In this document: positions 58,595 through 64,000 of the stretch, in pieces
Numbering within the stretch: the first letter of the stretch is position 1
How the letters are laid out: each line of letters opens with the position of its first letter
Source of the DNA: Candidatus Vogelbacteria bacterium
GTDB lineage: Bacteria > Patescibacteriota > Minisyncoccia > Phycocordibacterales > XYD1-FULL-46-19
Assembly (NCBI GenBank): GCA_016188295.1
Contig: JACPIA010000009.1
Span: 1,509-65,508 of the forward strand
Direction of reading: 5' to 3'
DNA: 64,000 nt
Program-made: the position numbers and the translations under genes
Notes under the pieces: generated by a model
What the model saw: the letters and a program-made list of their open reading frames with translations, nothing else
The model's database searches: none
Told to the model about the DNA's origin: nothing

Positions 58595-58972
58595 TTATAA
58601 ATTAACGACGCTTGTTTTAATAAAGACCACCGCAATTGCTTTAACGATGGCATAAGCACCCAAGGCCAGTGCAAAACCAATTAAAGTGTTGGTGAATATC
58701 GCTTTAGCCTCTTTACGAGCCCCGTCGTTGCCGGGATTAAGCACGATCTTAATCCCCGCCCAAGCAAAACCCACTACCGCCAAAGGGGTAGCAATATCAA
58801 CGATCAAAAACTTCATCAAAGTATTAGCTAATTTCATTAAATCACCAAAGTGACAACTCTCAATTCCCTCGCAAGGAATCAACCCATTCCAATCCGGATC
58901 AGTTTGACCCAAGACTGATACCGGCAGAGCCATTAAAACAAATAGGATCGTAAAAATTAGATAAGCGCGCAT
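58595..58972 (-). CDS. VirB2/TrbC-like pilin with a Cys pair
   Basis: GLIPC..SC; AWAG..GARKEAK..LIG..L.AYAIV. Confidence 0.75.
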   Translation of the reverse strand: MRAYLIFTILFVLMALPVSVLGQTDPDWNGLIPCEGIESCHFGDLMKLANTLMKFLIVDIATPLAVVGFAWAGIKIVLNPGNDGARKEAKAIFTNTLIGFALALGAYAIVKAIAVVFIKTSVVNL

Positions 58973-58975
58973 AAA

Positions 58976-60274
58976 TTATTTCATTAAAGCGTTTAATTCA
59001 TCATCCGCCCGTCGCACCGCTTGTGCCGAGAGCACTCGACCAGTCCCCACCGCATCAATTAGCAAGTTAAAAATCCGATTACTTTGAGTCGGATCCGGAT
59101 CAAGCCAAGTACGAGCCAATAATGCTGATTGATACACTACCGTGCCAAAAGCGCTCTCTACGCCCGCCGCGAGCAAGTCGCGGCGGGCCGGCGCTACGCC
59201 TAATTGATCCGCCATTAACGCCACACTCTCCGGCGCGGCTAAAAGCTTGGCCGCCGCTTGAGCGGCGGCCAGTTGTTTGGTCGAGCGGACAACCGCCACT
59301 CCTTGAAAACGTCCGATAGTCTGCTTACGACTAGTTTGGTCGCGTTGAGGTATTATCGCGGCATCAAAGTTTAAATTAGGATTCTTGACCACTAGGCGCG
59401 GACGCTCGCTGGCATAACCCAAATACAACGCTAAAGAACCGATAGTAAAAAAATCTTGAGCATTAGGTAACGCTCGACTCCAAGTGTAAGTGGTCTTAGT
59501 TGGTGCGGCAAACTGAGTGTAAAAATCAATAGCGGCCTCAGCTGGTGCTGGTACAAAACCATAAGCATCAGCCAAGTTACTGACTGGTATCCCCCGTTCA
59601 TAGGCGGTAATGGGTGTCCCGGCCTGCATTGAGAGTAAAGCAACAATATCTTTAGCGTGAGGGACATTAGTACTCTCACCTAAAGCAATCGCACTTTGTT
59701 TAATGATTTTATTGTCACCAAACACTGTTAGATTATTGACAATATTTAAGACCTCACTCCAGCGCTCGGGCACTCGGACAATTCCGGCATTAGTCACCAA
59801 GTCACGATTGTAATAAAGCATCAGTGGATCAATAGTCAATGGTAGAGCCAGCACTCCTTCCGGCGCGATAAAAATCTGAGCCCCCTCCACAAAATTATTT
59901 TTAAAAGTGGCTAACGGATACGTTTTAGCATCAAACGGAGTCAATTTATTACGTTGACGGATAATCATCGTATCATTAAATAGTAATAAGTCAGGTCCGG
60001 CACCTTGAGTCAGAGCTTCCACTAAATCACTCTCAAGCTGCTCCGGCGCTTTATAAACATAATTAATACTAAATTGTTTTTTGGCCGCTTTATTGACCTC
60101 ATTGATTACCGGCTCCATTACTGGAAGTGAATTAGTCCCCCACAAAGTGAGCCTGATACTATTATTGGCTAATCCACCACTGTAGCCCGGTATTATTCCT
60201 GAAAACACTAACACCCCGATAATCAAAGCCGCCCCAAAAACGATCAGTAAAATAATTTGAAACCAGTCTTTCAT
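58976..60274 (-). CDS. Extracellular solute-binding protein, family 1-like
   Basis: LTLWG, GPDL, LPLTIDPLMLYYNRDL. Confidence 0.75.
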   Translation of the reverse strand: MKDWFQIILLIVFGAALIIGVLVFSGIIPGYSGGLANNSIRLTLWGTNSLPVMEPVINEVNKAAKKQFSINYVYKAPEQLESDLVEALTQGAGPDLLLFNDTMIIRQRNKLTPFDAKTYPLATFKNNFVEGAQIFIAPEGVLALPLTIDPLMLYYNRDLVTNAGIVRVPERWSEVLNIVNNLTVFGDNKIIKQSAIALGESTNVPHAKDIVALLSMQAGTPITAYERGIPVSNLADAYGFVPAPAEAAIDFYTQFAAPTKTTYTWSRALPNAQDFFTIGSLALYLGYASERPRLVVKNPNLNFDAAIIPQRDQTSRKQTIGRFQGVAVVRSTKQLAAAQAAAKLLAAPESVALMADQLGVAPARRDLLAAGVESAFGTVVYQSALLARTWLDPDPTQSNRIFNLLIDAVGTGRVLSAQAVRRADDELNALMK

Positions 60275-60765
60275 ATTGTTTTAGTTAAAATAAGACCAAA
60301 GTGATGCGAGCCGGCCGTAACCTCACCCACTAGTCTAAAACCACCTTGCGTTAAAACCTCTTTGACCGCACTAACTGATTTTTGCCAGTCAATTACCACC
60401 ACTCTACCGCTCGGTTTTAAAATCCGCGCCACTTCTTTGACTAATATATAACTGTGAGTGCTTAATGAGAGCACATTGGCCACCAATACCCAATCAGCCA
60501 CCTCATCGGGTAAAGTGGTACCACCTAAAACCTCAGCATCCGCCCACAAAGGCTTGACCATCTTTAAATTAAACTGCTGGACTGTCGCGCCTATTTTAGT
60601 CACCAACTCTTTTTGAATCTCAATGGCGTAAATAATACCATTACCGCCCACCCGCTCGGCTAAAGCTTCAAGATAAGCGCCGCTACCGGCGCCGATATCC
60701 ACTACGGTTTGACCATTTTCGATACCAAGTGATTTAACAATCGAACCAGGATTAGCAAAGGCCAT
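60271..60765 (-). CDS. Class I SAM-dependent methyltransferase
   Basis: VVDIGAGSG, ILKPSGRVVVIDW. Confidence 0.85.
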   Translation of the reverse strand: MAFANPGSIVKSLGIENGQTVVDIGAGSGAYLEALAERVGGNGIIYAIEIQKELVTKIGATVQQFNLKMVKPLWADAEVLGGTTLPDEVADWVLVANVLSLSTHSYILVKEVARILKPSGRVVVIDWQKSVSAVKEVLTQGGFRLVGEVTAGSHHFGLILTKTI

Positions 60766-60796
60766 ACCCTATTATACTATAATATTGTAAAACATT

Positions 60797-63232
60797 TTAT
60801 AAACAAGTGAGCGAGGCTAAAGTATCATCTGGACGCAACTTCATAATCCGGACTCCTTGAGTTTGGCGACCGAGTGTGGAGATTTCGTCAAGTTTAGTAC
60901 GAATTACTTGCCCTTGGCGCGAGATCGCCACAATCTCGGAAACATCCTCAGTGATGACTCGTGCGGCCATTAAACCACCAGTTTTGCCGGTAATTTGAGC
61001 TGTCTTAATCCCCGAGCCACCACGTTTTTGGACTTTGTACTCGCTCAATTTGGTCTTTTTGCCTAGACCATTTTCTCCCATCACTAAATAACTGCCGATT
61101 TTAGCCACCGGCGTAATGGCATCAGCGCCAATTATGAGATCACCTTTAGTGAGGCGCATCGCTCTAACACCGGCGGCAGTACGACCCATCGCCCGAATAT
61201 CTGACTCTTTAAATCTAATTGATTGGCCGCGCTTAGTAGCCAAAATTACTTCATCACCTTTATCGACCGTAACCACCGAAAGTAATTGATCGCCCGCCGT
61301 CAATTTAATAGCAATAATCCCACTACGCCGGACATCACTAAAACTTTGTCCGGCTACTTTTTTAGCCACTCCTTGTTTGGTAACCATTATCAAAGCCTGT
61401 GGCGCCTCGCTTTTAGATTTGGGAATCGCCAACACCGAGGTGATTTTTTCCTCATCGGAGAGTGCTAAAAAGTTCATCACCGATTTACCCCGCGTGGCAC
61501 GCTTACCCTCCGGCACATCATACATTTTAATTTGATAGGCTTTGCCTTTGTCGGTAAAAAAGAGTAGATCATCGTGAGTATTGGCGGTTAAAAAGAGGGT
61601 CACAAAATCTTCTTCTTTAACATTTAGATCAATGACACCCACCCCACCGCGCTTTTGGGATTTATACTCACTAGGATCAGTGCGCTTAATGTAACCACCG
61701 GCGGTAAGCACCAAAACATTATCGGTCTCCGGTACCAAATCCTCCACCGTAATTTCTTTAGCGCCACTTTTAACCACTTTAGTCCGACGAGCATCGGCAT
61801 ATTTGTCTTTAATGGTCACAAATTCGTCGCGGACAATTTTAAGCACTTTTTTGGCATCGGCCAAAATACTTTTGAGTTCTTTGATGAGCACCTGCTTCTC
61901 CGCTAACTCATCCTCTACTTTTTGGCGTTCGAGACCGGCCAACTTTTGCAAACGCATTTCCAAAATCGCTTGCGCTTGAATCGGTGAAAATTTAAACTCT
62001 TTGACTAAATTCTGGTGAGCCTCTTCGGTATCTTTGGAGGCCCGAATGAGTTTAATAATTTTATCAATATGATCAAGCGCAATTTTTAGACCCAATAAGA
62101 TATGCTCGCGCTCCAAAGCACGATCTAAATCAAACTTAGTCCGGCGAGTGACAATTACTTGGCGATGAGAAAGAAACTCCTCCAGCATCACTTTTAGTGA
62201 CAGTAATTTAGGAACACCATCAACTAAAGCCAACATATTGTAGTGGAACATCGTCTCCAAATCGGTGTGTTTATACAATGCATTTAACACTTTTTGCGGG
62301 TGCATCCCCGCTTTAAGATCAATCACCACTCGGATATCTTTAGTGGACTCATCGCGAATATCTTTAATGCCCTCCACTTTTTTATCATGGACCAAGTCAG
62401 CAATCCGAACAATTAACTCCGATTTATTGACTTGATATGGGATCGAACTAATAATAATTTGAAAATTGCCCACTTTATTCTCCACAATCTCGGCCTCGCC
62501 GCGGACCAGTACTCCGCCGCGGCCGGTGCCATAAGCATGGTGAATATCTTTTTGATTGAATACCAGACCGCCGGTTGGGAAGTCAGGACCTTTAACAAAC
62601 TCGAGCAAATCTTCGGTTGTCGCCTCCTCATTGTCGGTTAAATAAATCAGCGCCTCTATTAATTCGCCCAAATTATGGGGCGGAATTTTAGTGGCCATAC
62701 CCACCGCGATACCAACTGTGCCGTTTAAGAGTAAATTAGGGATGACTGATGGCAATACCGTCGGCTCTTGATGAACGCCATCGTAGTTGGGAACAAAATT
62801 AACAGTCTCCTTTTCAATATCAGCGAGCAGTTCAGCTGCCAGTTTAGACATCCGGACCTCGGTATAACGCATAGCCGCCGCGCTATCGCCATCAATTGAG
62901 CCAAAATTACCTTGACCGGCCACTAAGGGGTAACGCATGGCGAAATCTTGGGCCAAGCGGACCATCGCATCATAACAAGCGGTGTCACCATGAGGATGAT
63001 ATTTACCGAGCACATCGCCGACCACAGTGGCCGACTTACGAAACTTAGCATTAGCCGTCAAACCAAGCTCATGCATCGAGTACAAAATGCGACGATGCAC
63101 CGGTTTTAAACCATCACGGACATCAGGTAAGGCGCGAGCGACAATAACCGACATCGCATAGTCCAAATATGAGTCCTTCATCTCCTCGACAATATTGATC
63201 GGGATAATTCCTTTATCTTTAGGTTTGTCCAT
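60797..63232 (-). CDS. gyrA: DNA gyrase subunit A
   Basis: [22 protein letters not shown], GyrA-box QKRGGVG. Confidence 0.97.
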   Translation of the reverse strand: MDKPKDKGIIPINIVEEMKDSYLDYAMSVIVARALPDVRDGLKPVHRRILYSMHELGLTANAKFRKSATVVGDVLGKYHPHGDTACYDAMVRLAQDFAMRYPLVAGQGNFGSIDGDSAAAMRYTEVRMSKLAAELLADIEKETVNFVPNYDGVHQEPTVLPSVIPNLLLNGTVGIAVGMATKIPPHNLGELIEALIYLTDNEEATTEDLLEFVKGPDFPTGGLVFNQKDIHHAYGTGRGGVLVRGEAEIVENKVGNFQIIISSIPYQVNKSELIVRIADLVHDKKVEGIKDIRDESTKDIRVVIDLKAGMHPQKVLNALYKHTDLETMFHYNMLALVDGVPKLLSLKVMLEEFLSHRQVIVTRRTKFDLDRALEREHILLGLKIALDHIDKIIKLIRASKDTEEAHQNLVKEFKFSPIQAQAILEMRLQKLAGLERQKVEDELAEKQVLIKELKSILADAKKVLKIVRDEFVTIKDKYADARRTKVVKSGAKEITVEDLVPETDNVLVLTAGGYIKRTDPSEYKSQKRGGVGVIDLNVKEEDFVTLFLTANTHDDLLFFTDKGKAYQIKMYDVPEGKRATRGKSVMNFLALSDEEKITSVLAIPKSKSEAPQALIMVTKQGVAKKVAGQSFSDVRRSGIIAIKLTAGDQLLSVVTVDKGDEVILATKRGQSIRFKESDIRAMGRTAAGVRAMRLTKGDLIIGADAITPVAKIGSYLVMGENGLGKKTKLSEYKVQKRGGSGIKTAQITGKTGGLMAARVITEDVSEIVAISRQGQVIRTKLDEISTLGRQTQGVRIMKLRPDDTLASLTCL

Positions 63233-63238
63233 AAGTAA

Positions 63239-63478
63239 TTACTTTAAATAAGATTTGACCACTTGCCAACCGGCTACTACTCGCTCCCATTGAATGATGA
63301 CTACTGACGGTACTTCTGGTATTGGCGGTGTTATCGCTTCACGCACCGGTTTAAATAAAGTGACCAGCCAAATTAAGGCGATAATAACGGTAATAATTAG
63401 GGCTACGGTAAAAGCGATAACTTGACGCTCATGATGTGGTCGGGCTTGTAACTTTTGTAAGCGATCGAAGTTAAACAT
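63239..63478 (-). CDS. Small membrane protein
   Basis: Single TM; lies upstream of gyrA. Confidence 0.55.
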   Translation of the reverse strand: MFNFDRLQKLQARPHHERQVIAFTVALIITVIIALIWLVTLFKPVREAITPPIPEVPSVVIIQWERVVAGWQVVKSYLK

Positions 63479-63482
63479 AAAA

Positions 63483-64000
63483 TTATTCGGCCAAGAGGAG
63501 TACCACCTCACCCTCTTTGGTTTCTAAGTCGCGACGTTTAATCGCTAATTTATCAACCGCTTTGATCCCCTCCTCACCAATCTCCTTTAAAAAAATTTTA
63601 AGTTCTGGATCAGACTCGCCACTATAAAGTACCGGGATTACAATTTTAGGCTCAAGGGAAGCGGCGATTTTAGCGGCCTCTTTGGCGGAGAGCCGATCAC
63701 CGCCACCAATCGGCACAAATAAAATATCGACAGCGCCAATACTCTCGAGAGCCTCGGGGTCAATGGCTAAGGTCGCCAAAACGCCTAAATGGCACACTCG
63801 CATCCCGTCGAGATTTAGAGCGTAAATAGTGTTGATGTAATCATTAGCCCCAGGTGAAGCTAATCCTTCAATAAAAATGCCACCGACCTCATAAGCACCG
63901 GGGCCGTCAATAATGAATGGTTCTTTACCACCACCGGTCAGATTCTCACCACCTTTAAAACGCTGGTCGGACAAACTAACTAATACCACATCCGCCCCAA
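63483..64000 (-). CDS. Metallo-beta-lactamase-fold protein (5' end outside the window)
   Basis: IDGPGAYEV, NTIY, CHLG, VDILFVPIGG, EPKIVIP. Confidence 0.75.
   Translation of the reverse strand, partial: GADVVLVSLSDQRFKGGENLTGGGKEPFIIDGPGAYEVGGIFIEGLASPGANDYINTIYALNLDGMRVCHLGVLATLAIDPEALESIGAVDILFVPIGGGDRLSAKEAAKIAASLEPKIVIPVLYSGESDPELKIFLKEIGEEGIKAVDKLAIKRRDLETKEGEVVLLLAE

Noticed and set aside
1-64000. CRISPR array or cas genes
   Set aside because: No regularly spaced repeats with unique spacers; the palindromes are isolated
1-64000. Alternative genetic code (TGA=Gly)
   Set aside because: Conserved genes are full length under code 11 and several end in TGA

Overview
64 kb of a small-genome bacterium using the standard code (TGA is a stop; tRNA-Trp has a CCA anticodon). 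Gene content and style point to a Patescibacteria/CPR genome, probably Parcubacteria (inference): streamlined or truncated core proteins, two mreB copies, VirB2/TrbC-like pilin arrays and many leaderless genes. Most of the window is housekeeping: mrdA-mreD-mreC-mreB, proS, rseP, frr, priA-def-fmt, pyk, tgt, dnaX, serS, dprA-topA, rel, parB, miaA, rpmG, clpB, iscS, infB-rbfA and gyrA, plus 8 intact tRNAs. The accessory features are: (1) a REP-associated tyrosine transposase bracketed by perfect palindromes, one of which supplies its promoter, with a dispersed third copy; (2) an HNH endonuclease wedged between tRNA-Cys and tRNA-Leu; (3) two tRNA-anchored recombinase-tail scars, one with an IS200 end; (4) a tRNA-Arg cut at the T-arm; (5) a two-pilin fusion with an internal signal-peptidase-like site; (6) a glycine-periodic heptad-repeat protein; (7) tandem M14 peptidases sharing an 89-bp identical tract; (8) a WxL/DUF916-like surface operon. 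No CRISPR array or rRNA was seen. All calls come from reading motifs by eye; no database searches were run.
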